A stretch of 64,000 bases of DNA from Candidatus Latescibacterota bacterium (lineage in GTDB: Bacteria; Latescibacterota; UBA2968), in contig OZ242311.1 in NCBI GenBank assembly GCA_965207885.1, forward strand, positions 3,424,001 through 3,488,000, given 5' to 3'. Under the pieces are notes generated by a model. The model saw only the letters and a list, made by a program, of their open reading frames with translations, ran no database searches and had not been told where the DNA came from. The position numbers and the translations under genes were made by a program. Shown here piece by piece: positions 1 to 8,211 of this stretch (positions within the stretch are counted from its first letter, which is position 1; the number at the start of each line of letters is the position of its first letter).

Positions 1-590
1 GGCGTTTTTTCAGCTACCAACTCACGCGGAATTTCGGGGGTGACACTGTCTTCATAACGAATGTGGTCAATGACTTCCCCTTTATGCGACCCTGGCATGA
101 CATGAAGACAACCATTTTCCAAATCCACAGCCTCCAGCGCGATCCAAATGCTGAGATGGCGTTGCATATATTCTCGCGTGCCCAGTGACGGATCGCGCTC
201 CCATATCCAGATATCTTGATGCCAGGGTGTCGATTCGCCCAACCGAGCAGGTTTGGTAAAAAATCGTGATCCCATCACCCGCACATTTTCGCCAACAAAA
301 CGCCGCATAACCGAGACGACATTCTCAGCGGTTAACCACTCCTCCCAGAGTACCCGGTTCCGACAACCAAACGGGTCACCCACCGCCCGTACACCCTCTC
401 CACCGTCCAGATCTGCGTTGTCAGCCCGCCTTCTATCCGGTGGAAACCATTTGACCTCTCCTGCGACGGCACGCTCGATTTCATTTTTCACTGCCTCAAT
501 GGCCTGATCTCCAATGAGATTGCGAGCCACAAAAAAACCACGGTCTTCTAATTGAGCCTCTGCATCTTCGGGTATTGAAAACGCACCCAT
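1..590 (-). CDS. Phytanoyl-CoA dioxygenase (PhyH) family Fe/2OG enzyme, runs off the window start
   Basis: Manual translation from ATG 590: MGAFSIPEDAEAQLEDRGFFVARNLI...FFTKPARLGESTPWHQD...WIALEAVDLENGCLHVMPGSHK. Not in the ORF track because its stop lies outside the window. Confidence 0.9.
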   Translation of the reverse strand, partial: MGAFSIPEDAEAQLEDRGFFVARNLIGDQAIEAVKNEIERAVAGEVKWFPPDRRRADNADLDGGEGVRAVGDPFGCRNRVLWEEWLTAENVVSVMRRFVGENVRVMGSRFFTKPARLGESTPWHQDIWIWERDPSLGTREYMQRHLSIWIALEAVDLENGCLHVMPGSHKGEVIDHIRYEDSVTPEIPRELVAEKT

Positions 591-593
591 CTG

Positions 594-902
594 CTATTCC
601 TTCCTATTAAACGGGCGACCGAGTGGAATCGCCCCTACACATCTGCGTCCATCTGTGTCCATCTTCTGACGGATCACTACCTCGCCCACGGACAGGTCAT
701 CGCCGTCTGCCGGGCCTTTATAGCCGCGCCTGAAATTGGGGAGAATCGTATAGCGGGTGACTTCGCCGCCTTGATCCTCGGAGGCTGTCGCTTCCAGCGT
801 CCCCTTTACCAGAGAACGAAGCTGCTGCGCAAAATCTGGAGATTGCCCCTGCTCCTTTCTGTCGTGATTGAAAGACCAATGTAGATTCGTTTTTTCACTC
901 AT
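594..902 (-). pseudogene. Short hypothetical ORF, probably a 3'-truncated gene whose end runs into a REP-like palindrome
   Basis: Good RBS (GGAGG). The last residues (CVGAIPLGRPF) are encoded by a GTAGGGGCG...CGCCC palindrome. Confidence 0.45.
611..638 (-). repeat. GTAG-type REP-like palindrome
   Basis: Minus strand reads GTAGGGGCGATTCCACTCGGTCGCCCGT: a GTAG tetranucleotide plus a GGGCGA/TCGCCC stem. Only one copy seen in the window. Confidence 0.6.
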
Positions 903-943
903 TCTATTTTATCCTCCAGCTAATAAGAATTCGATATGCTGAT

Positions 944-2989
944 CTAATAGCTCAAACCATGACCAAACGGAAACAGCGTGTCTGCTTTGTCGTATCCCGG
1001 TGCGTCTGGATCCTGTTTCGCAATCGCCTTTGCATTTTTAGCCAGAGCAAAAGGAAGTTTCCCTGAAGGCTTGAATTTTCCAGTCAGAATATCTAAAATA
1101 GCTGCATCGCTCACGCCAAAAGTCGCCAAAATCGCGCCAGCCTTTCTCAATCCGCTTTGCTGGTCCAGTACATAGGGTTGCCGAAACCGAATGGCGAGAA
1201 TAGTCTTGTCGGCCCCCACTTCCTTCATAACACCCTGAATATCCGTGAGAGAAGGTGAAATGGACCAGGATTTGGCCTTTGCCATATCAGAAAACGCCAG
1301 CAAATCCAGTTCATCTGGACTGGCCCCGCCAAAGCGTCTATCCCGTGAACGCGGGTTAGAAACAACAATCCGCAAAATCGCATAGTCTGTACCTTCTGGC
1401 ATAGCAGGACGCATCTCATTCTTGTCGGGATCATAATCTCCTGCCACTACAGTATAACCCGACCACTGAGTGTCCTCCACCACTTCCGGGTTCATACCCA
1501 TCGTATAAATTTGAATCGAATCGGCCTCACTCTGAGCCATCAGGGGCAACACACCAGCATTGTTTTGCAGCAAAACAATAGATTTGCGCTGCGCAATCTC
1601 AGCCTTCTTCTGAAATGCCCGGTTGCCGACCAGATAGGCTGCACGATCTGGATTCACGTAGGGGTTCTCAAAAAGTCCCAGTTCAAACTGTTCTTTTAAA
1701 AGTCTTCGAACAGATAGATCAACCCGATCTACAGAAAGCTTTCCGCCAGTCACCAGATTCAAAATCTGTTTATTGTTATTAAACCCGGATAGCACATCGG
1801 TTCCCGCCTCTATGGCTATGACAATCTGCTCATCAACACTCTTGTCTTCCAAACCCCAGGCGCGAGCACCAATAATGCCTGTATCAGAATTGACATATCC
1901 TTTAAACCCGAGCTTATTTCGCAGCAACTCGGTCAAAATTCCCTTCGAGAAAGCCATTCCCACATCATTGGGCAAATACTGCTGACCGATTGGAACGCCA
2001 TAATAAGGCATAATTGACGACACCCCTGCATTGATGGCAGCTTTAAATGGCCTCACATGATAATCAAAGTTTTTCGCAGGATAAACCTGATTCTTACCAA
2101 AGTCGTAGTGCGGATCACCACCGCCTTCCTGGGGACCACCACCGGGAAAGTGCTTCATTGTCAGCGCAACACTTTTTGAATTCAGTTGCTCACCCTGTAG
2201 ATTCTTCACCAGAACAGTCATGATATTGGCGGCCAGGTCTGCATCTTCTGTAAATGTCTCATGAACCCGATACCAGCGCGGTTCCGTCGCAAGATCGGCC
2301 ATATAGCCATACATGGATCGCAAACCAATCGATGTCCACTCCCTGGCCATGGTCTGGGCAAACTCCGCAATCAGATCCATATCTCGTGTTGCCGCCAGCC
2401 CTGCTTCTTTTGGCCACTCAGAAAAAGACCCCGCCGATACACTGATACCTGCTCTTGCATCGTGCTCGTAGTGATTTCTGGCATTGGATTTGAACAGAGC
2501 GGGAATACCCAGACGAGCTGACTCTGCAAGTTCCTGCATCGCATTCATAAACTGCGCGGCTTCATAAGGAGTAATTTCAGCACCGCGCCACCGCGATCCC
2601 GTGTCAGAGCCGGGCGTCGCAGTAACAGTGTTGCGAAAGATAAAGCGGGTCATCCTTTCCGTGTCAACAAATTGCACAGCGCGATCAGAAAGCCGACCAC
2701 CAGACTCGGCGTTTAACGTATTGATGAGCAACATGCCAGCCTTTTCTTCTATGGTCATGTGCGAAAGCAGATTCGCCACACGCTGGTCAACGGGCTGACG
2801 CCAATCTTCGTACACATCAACTCTGCCATTTTTATTCAAGTCTTTAAACTGCAAACCATCTAAATGCAAAATATCTACAACCCGCGCATTGAGCATAGGC
2901 TGAGATGGGTATGTGCCCTGTGCTTCTACATTTGAATACAGCACAGACACTGTCAATAAACTCATGATCCATAAACCTATTTTCTTCAT
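944..2989 (-). CDS. Secreted glycoside hydrolase family 3 (beta-glucosidase-like)
   Basis: Signal peptide, FKDLNKNG, TMKHFPG, VNSDTG nucleophile region, PSGKLPF, FPFGHGL. Confidence 0.93.
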   Translation of the reverse strand: MKKIGLWIMSLLTVSVLYSNVEAQGTYPSQPMLNARVVDILHLDGLQFKDLNKNGRVDVYEDWRQPVDQRVANLLSHMTIEEKAGMLLINTLNAESGGRLSDRAVQFVDTERMTRFIFRNTVTATPGSDTGSRWRGAEITPYEAAQFMNAMQELAESARLGIPALFKSNARNHYEHDARAGISVSAGSFSEWPKEAGLAATRDMDLIAEFAQTMAREWTSIGLRSMYGYMADLATEPRWYRVHETFTEDADLAANIMTVLVKNLQGEQLNSKSVALTMKHFPGGGPQEGGGDPHYDFGKNQVYPAKNFDYHVRPFKAAINAGVSSIMPYYGVPIGQQYLPNDVGMAFSKGILTELLRNKLGFKGYVNSDTGIIGARAWGLEDKSVDEQIVIAIEAGTDVLSGFNNNKQILNLVTGGKLSVDRVDLSVRRLLKEQFELGLFENPYVNPDRAAYLVGNRAFQKKAEIAQRKSIVLLQNNAGVLPLMAQSEADSIQIYTMGMNPEVVEDTQWSGYTVVAGDYDPDKNEMRPAMPEGTDYAILRIVVSNPRSRDRRFGGASPDELDLLAFSDMAKAKSWSISPSLTDIQGVMKEVGADKTILAIRFRQPYVLDQQSGLRKAGAILATFGVSDAAILDILTGKFKPSGKLPFALAKNAKAIAKQDPDAPGYDKADTLFPFGHGLSY

Positions 2990-3145
2990 GTCATACTCTC
3001 CAATGTATTAAGGGGCGTGCATATGCCCGACATATCTCGATAGACTTTTAAATGATGTAGTCGTAATTTATATCGTTGCGTAGCCTTGCCATAACATCAA
3101 AAAACCTGCGCCCAATATTATAACACCTCCCAGGAGAACATCACC

Positions 3146-4243
3146 GTGCAAATTACAGATGTAAAAACAACCGTTCTGTCGATGCCTCATCTGACAGGCA
3201 TCCAAGATGCCACCATTCGTCACCTTGAACAGGGCAGAACACAGTGCTTTGTCCACATCGTCACCGATGAGGGATTGGAAGGGCTGGGCACCGGAGGGGG
3301 CGCACGAGCCGTCCGTGAAATCATCGAAGGGTCGTTCAAACCCATTCTGGTAGGTCAGGACCCACTCAACATCGAACAATTGTGGGCCGACATGTTCTGG
3401 CGCATACGCGGTGTGGGCCGCAAGGGCCTCGCCTTTTGCGCCCTTTCAGCAGTCGATATTGCCCTGTGGGACCTGAAAGCCAAGTATTATCAAGCTCCCC
3501 TCTACAAACTACTCGGCCCTTATACTGACACCGTCCCGGTTTACGGTAGCGGCGGTTGGACCCACTTCAGCGTAGATGAATTAATTGCCGAACAGGCCAG
3601 CTATGTAGAACGCGGCATGAAGTCCGTCAAAATGAAAGTCGGCAAAGATTTTGGCCGAAGTGAGGATGAAGATGTGGCGCGACTATCTGCGGTGCGGAAA
3701 GCACTGGGCGATGACGTGGAGATTCTCATTGACGCAAATAATGGATACTACGCCAAGCAAGCCATTCGCATGGCCCAGACGTTTGAGGAATACAACATCG
3801 GCTGGTTTGAAGAACCCGTGCTGGCTGATGACATCGAAGGCCTGGCCGCCATTGCACGTGCCACCGCGATTCCCATCGCAACCGGCGAACACGAGTACAC
3901 CAAATATGGCTTTAAAGACCTCATCGCCCGGGGCGGAGCGGATATCGTCCAACCCGATGTGGGCCGGGTCGGCGGCATCACCGAATGGATGAAAGTGGCA
4001 CACCTCGCCCACGCCTTCAACCTGCCCGTTGCGCCACACGCCTACCAGCTCATCCACCTGCACCTATCTTGCGCGACCCCAAATCTGCGAATTGTGGAAT
4101 ACCTCGGCATGGTGGAAGAAGCCGACCGGATAACCTACACAGAATTTTCCGAGCCAGTCAATGGCGTCTGGTCGCCCAATCCCGACAAACCCGGTCTGGG
4201 TCTGGAACTGGATCCCGAGGCAGTGAAACAATACGCAGTATAG
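3146..4243 (+). CDS. Mandelate racemase/enolase superfamily (sugar-acid dehydratase-like)
   Basis: DIALWDL, YGSGGW, KMK, DAN/EEP/GEH metal ligands, APH, PGLGLE. Confidence 0.92.
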   Translation: MQITDVKTTVLSMPHLTGIQDATIRHLEQGRTQCFVHIVTDEGLEGLGTGGGARAVREIIEGSFKPILVGQDPLNIEQLWADMFWRIRGVGRKGLAFCALSAVDIALWDLKAKYYQAPLYKLLGPYTDTVPVYGSGGWTHFSVDELIAEQASYVERGMKSVKMKVGKDFGRSEDEDVARLSAVRKALGDDVEILIDANNGYYAKQAIRMAQTFEEYNIGWFEEPVLADDIEGLAAIARATAIPIATGEHEYTKYGFKDLIARGGADIVQPDVGRVGGITEWMKVAHLAHAFNLPVAPHAYQLIHLHLSCATPNLRIVEYLGMVEEADRITYTEFSEPVNGVWSPNPDKPGLGLELDPEAVKQYAV

Positions 4244-4256
4244 ATCAACTTGTATT

Positions 4257-5186
4257 TCAATTATTCTCAGGCAGTCCACGCGTCCAGGTTGTGTTCTGTA
4301 TCGGCTTCAGGATCTCAAGCACCTCAACAAGTAATGCTTCATCTATTGGCGATTCTAACCACTCGATATTCTCTTTCAAATGTTCAGGCCGTGTTGTACC
4401 GACCAGTGTCGTTGCAAAATCTGGGCTGGCCAATCCAAATTGCATAGCCAGCTTAGAAATGTTCTCGCCTTTCTGCTTGCAAGACGCCACAGCTTTTACA
4501 CAAACCCGCTTAATCTTTTCGGTAGCGGGATGACCTGGCGCTGGTCCGCGTTCAGTGAAGAGTCCCATCCCCAAAGGTGAAGCATTGATCATCCCCACAC
4601 CCTTTTTCCTTAAATAAGGCACCAGTAGTTCAAAGGACGTGTCATGTAGCATATAGTGACAAAACGACAGCACCGTATCCACATTCGTCCGATCGAGCAC
4701 ATATCGATAGACTTTTAACGGAAATCCAGTGATACCCACAAATCTGGTCTTCCCCTGCTCTTGCAACCGTCGCAAAGTAGGAAGAGCTTCTTCTACGATC
4801 TGATCCAGCGAGACAAAATCGATATCGTGACACTGGAAAATATCCACATAATCCAGCCCCAATCGCATAAGGCTCTCATCCATACTTTCCACAATTCGTC
4901 TAACTGAAAAATCGGACACCCCACCGGCATAACGTCCAACTTTGGTTGCCAGATAATATTTGTCTCGCGGAATCTCCTTCAAAGCCTTCCCCAGTGCGCT
5001 CTCCGATTTTGTTCCACCATAAAGCGGCGAGGTATCAATCAAATTGATCCCATAGTCAATAGCTGTATGCACAGCTTTGATTCCTCGAACTTCATCAGGT
5101 GTTCCATAAATACTGCCCAAACCAGATGCTCCATAACTCAGTACAGAGACTTTCAAACCCGTTTTTCCCAACTCGCGATATTCCAT
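4257..5186 (-). CDS. Aldo/keto reductase (L-galactose dehydrogenase-like)
   Basis: LGKTGLKVS, DTSPLYG, ATKVGRY, SLMRLGLDYVD. Confidence 0.9.
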   Translation of the reverse strand: MEYRELGKTGLKVSVLSYGASGLGSIYGTPDEVRGIKAVHTAIDYGINLIDTSPLYGGTKSESALGKALKEIPRDKYYLATKVGRYAGGVSDFSVRRIVESMDESLMRLGLDYVDIFQCHDIDFVSLDQIVEEALPTLRRLQEQGKTRFVGITGFPLKVYRYVLDRTNVDTVLSFCHYMLHDTSFELLVPYLRKKGVGMINASPLGMGLFTERGPAPGHPATEKIKRVCVKAVASCKQKGENISKLAMQFGLASPDFATTLVGTTRPEHLKENIEWLESPIDEALLVEVLEILKPIQNTTWTRGLPENN

Positions 5187-5206
5187 GCCTTACCTTATGT
5201 GCGCCG

Positions 5207-5545
5207 CTATGACTTTGCCGGAGTGTCTTCCTTATCCAGAGCCGCAATGCCCGTCAGCGCAACGGGTGGACGATCGGGGAATTCCGCTACCAGGCGCAAT
5301 GTCCCGCCCATCGCTTCGACATAGCCACTGAGCGTGGATAGCAGCAGATCACTACGCTTTTCAATACGGGAAACGTTTTCCTGGTTAATCCCGAGTTCCT
5401 TTGCTACGCGCACCTGCGTCTGCTTCCGCGCCTTGCGCAGGTCTCGTAGGGACATCTCTTCAGCGATCAACGCCTTAGCCCTCTCCTCAACTTTCTTCCG
5501 ACGCGCCGGGGGGAGCCGGTCCAGTCTCTCCGTTAGAGTCGTCAT
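5207..5545 (-). CDS. XRE-family HTH antitoxin (HigA-like)
   Basis: LRDLRKARKQTQVRVAKELGINQENVSRIEKRSDLLLSTL...YVEAMGG. Confidence 0.88.
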   Translation of the reverse strand: MTTLTERLDRLPPARRKKVEERAKALIAEEMSLRDLRKARKQTQVRVAKELGINQENVSRIEKRSDLLLSTLSGYVEAMGGTLRLVAEFPDRPPVALTGIAALDKEDTPAKS

Positions 5546-5592
5546 CTTGTCCTCCTCTTATCTTTCAATCGTTCGAGATGCAAGTCGAGTTT
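5542..5592 (-). pseudogene. 3' remnant of a RelE/HigB-like toxin gene
   Basis: Frame KLDLHLERLKDKRRTR* ends in an ATGA overlap with the antitoxin start and resembles toxin C-termini (from recall). Confidence 0.5.
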
Positions 5593-5599
5593 CTGTTAT

Positions 5600-6985
5600 T
5601 CACGGCGCAATTGGCTCGGGAAAATTGAATCTCACCCAATGCCATTGGAACATATCATTGGTCGCATCATTCCATCCCAACAAACGACCTTTCATATTCT
5701 CTAACACATCGGCGCACATCGGGTCATCAATCCGATTATTCATCTCCGCGGGATCGGTTTCGAGATCGTATAATTCGTCCAGATCGTGAGGTGTATATAC
5801 GTATTTCCAATTCTCCGTCCGCACCATTCGCTGCGAGCTATATCCCCACACCTCACCGTGGCTTTCGCAATACACACTGTCTGCCCAATCGTTGGGATCA
5901 TCGCCATTCACAAGCGGTACCAAACTCCTCGCATCCAATCCCTCGGGCAATTTTCCACCACCCCATTCGACAAAGGTCGGCATCAAATCCATCAGCCGAA
6001 CAAATTGCGACACATTGCGACTCACACCCCCTGGCACTTTCATCAGCAGCGGAATCCGAAACACTTCATCGTACATTGTACCCGATTTTTCAAAATGCTT
6101 GTGACTGCCCGTGGCATCACCGTGATCTGTACTGAAAAGAAATATCGTATTATCCTCAATCCCACATTCCCGTATCACATCCAGCACGCGCCCCACGCAT
6201 GTATCAATCAGAGACACATCGCCGTAATACTTGGCAACCACCTGTCGCCACCACGCCCAATCTTTATCTTGAAGATTCCATTCTCGATGTTTGCGCAAAT
6301 GAGCCGCGGGTTTGCCTTCAAAGGATTCGTCAAAATTTGGCCATGGCGGAATGGATTCAGGATCGTACATCGACGCATAAGGCTCCGGCACAATATTGGC
6401 AAAATGAGGTGCTGTTGCATCAATTCGCAAAAAAAACGGCTTGTCTCCTCCTGCCCGTTCGCGCAACATCTCAATCCCACAATCCGTCACCATCCACGTT
6501 TTATACTCTTCTGGCGACATCTCACCCGTACCCGCCACAGGGAAAGAACTTCCGGGAAACTCAACCGTCAATTCTGTACCAGGGACTATTTTCCCGCGTC
6601 CCCCTCTCCCCATCTTATGCCGATCAAAGCCGTATTCCTCAGGTCCAATATCTTGATGGACATGCCACTTCCCCGCATAATCCAGCACATACCCTGCCTC
6701 TTTGAGCAAACGGCTAAACGTCGGCACATCTGTTGACAATCCCCTATTCCACGCAGGCGCGATATGCGTATTGAGCATCACCCCGTGATTGTGCGGATAA
6801 AGGCCGCTCATCAACGAAGCGCGTGCAGGTGAACAAACAGGGCTTGTGGTATATGCCTGATCAAATCGCACACCCTCCTCTGCAAGTCGATCCAGATTGG
6901 GCGTCTGACAAATCTCATTGCCATAACACCCCAACGCATCGCGTCTCAACTGATCCGTAAGAAACAAAACAATATTGGGCGCCAT
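5600..6985 (-). CDS. Sulfatase (formylglycine-dependent)
   Basis: PNIVLFLTDQ, CSPARAS, GKWH, TDHGD, ELYDLETDP. Start taken at ATG 6985 after an AGGAGG RBS. Confidence 0.93.
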   Translation of the reverse strand: MAPNIVLFLTDQLRRDALGCYGNEICQTPNLDRLAEEGVRFDQAYTTSPVCSPARASLMSGLYPHNHGVMLNTHIAPAWNRGLSTDVPTFSRLLKEAGYVLDYAGKWHVHQDIGPEEYGFDRHKMGRGGRGKIVPGTELTVEFPGSSFPVAGTGEMSPEEYKTWMVTDCGIEMLRERAGGDKPFFLRIDATAPHFANIVPEPYASMYDPESIPPWPNFDESFEGKPAAHLRKHREWNLQDKDWAWWRQVVAKYYGDVSLIDTCVGRVLDVIRECGIEDNTIFLFSTDHGDATGSHKHFEKSGTMYDEVFRIPLLMKVPGGVSRNVSQFVRLMDLMPTFVEWGGGKLPEGLDARSLVPLVNGDDPNDWADSVYCESHGEVWGYSSQRMVRTENWKYVYTPHDLDELYDLETDPAEMNNRIDDPMCADVLENMKGRLLGWNDATNDMFQWHWVRFNFPEPIAP

Positions 6986-7174
6986 AATCCCTCCTGTCGT
7001 ATGGCCCTTTGCCGACATTCGATCTATCGGTCTTATCTACGATGCTTAAGGGAAAGTGTCAAGGAGAATGCTCAGAACAAATAATTGGTAATATTCTTGA
7101 ACGCTTGATTTACGTACATTTGTAAACTAAATTGCGTTGGACCGCACTGGCAGACAATTCTTAAGGAGAAGATA

Positions 7175-8182
7175 ATGAGATCAGTAATCTGTGTTCACGA
7201 ACGCTTTGACGCCTCCTGGCCCTTTGTGGCCGACCACTGGAACCGCCGCTGGCAGGAATCGGGAGACTGCGAACTCTATCGCACCGAGGCATCTGGGGCT
7301 CGAGCGCCACAGATGGTGGAGAATCCTTCATCGGTACATCGGCTCGTCCTCCTTGGCCTTCCGGCTGACACTGAGGATCTTGAGCCATTTTCCGGTCTTG
7401 AGGAACTCTACCACGATGCAGCAGGCCAATCAAACGCTGGCCTCGATGGCGCACACACCCGTGGGGTGAACATAATTCGCCCTCGTGGTGCCATTCAATG
7501 GGGACAAACAGTTGCCGAGTTTGCGCTCGGACTCACAATAAGTGCATTGCGACGGATACCGCAGACCTACGTGGAGATGATGGAGAGCCACGAGACCTGG
7601 AAATACAAACCGGACGTAGGCAAACCCGGACAGAGGGGCGCTCAATTTGGCGACGACCCACGCTTTGTGAGCGGCACCATTGCTGGGAAGCGAGTACGCG
7701 TCGTTGGCATTGGTAATATTGGAGGACGGTACGCTTCATGGTGTTCGAACATGGGAGCAGATGTGGCCGTCTGGGATCCATTTGCTCCGGAGGCATCGTT
7801 TACGCTCGCCGGAGTCAGGCGATGCTTCGATCTCTCAGAACTCGTGAAAGACGCCGATATCTTTGCGCCGATGGTCCCCCTGAAGGACGATACGCGTGGG
7901 CTGGTTGGTCCGGAGGCCATTCGCACATTGCCGCATCAATCGCTCGTCGTTCTGGTGACACGCGCAGCGATCTGCGACACCGAAACATTGTACCAACGGG
8001 TCCTAAATGACGAACTCTCTTTGGCCGCAGACGTCTGGGACATGGAACCGGTGCGTTTGGATTCTCCACTGCTTGGCCGCCACAATGTGGTCCACACGCC
8101 GCACAATGCCGGGCGCACGATTGATGCAAATCACGCGCGGGCAGACGATGCAATAAACCGGTTTCGGCCGCGTAGCTCGTGA
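7175..8182 (+). CDS. D-isomer-specific 2-hydroxyacid dehydrogenase family
   Basis: VGIGNIG Rossmann motif, DVWDMEP, TPHNAG. Confidence 0.88.
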   Translation: MRSVICVHERFDASWPFVADHWNRRWQESGDCELYRTEASGARAPQMVENPSSVHRLVLLGLPADTEDLEPFSGLEELYHDAAGQSNAGLDGAHTRGVNIIRPRGAIQWGQTVAEFALGLTISALRRIPQTYVEMMESHETWKYKPDVGKPGQRGAQFGDDPRFVSGTIAGKRVRVVGIGNIGGRYASWCSNMGADVAVWDPFAPEASFTLAGVRRCFDLSELVKDADIFAPMVPLKDDTRGLVGPEAIRTLPHQSLVVLVTRAAICDTETLYQRVLNDELSLAADVWDMEPVRLDSPLLGRHNVVHTPHNAGRTIDANHARADDAINRFRPRSS

Positions 8183-8211
8183 AGTCGTATAGAAAAGGAG
8201 CTTTTCAACCC

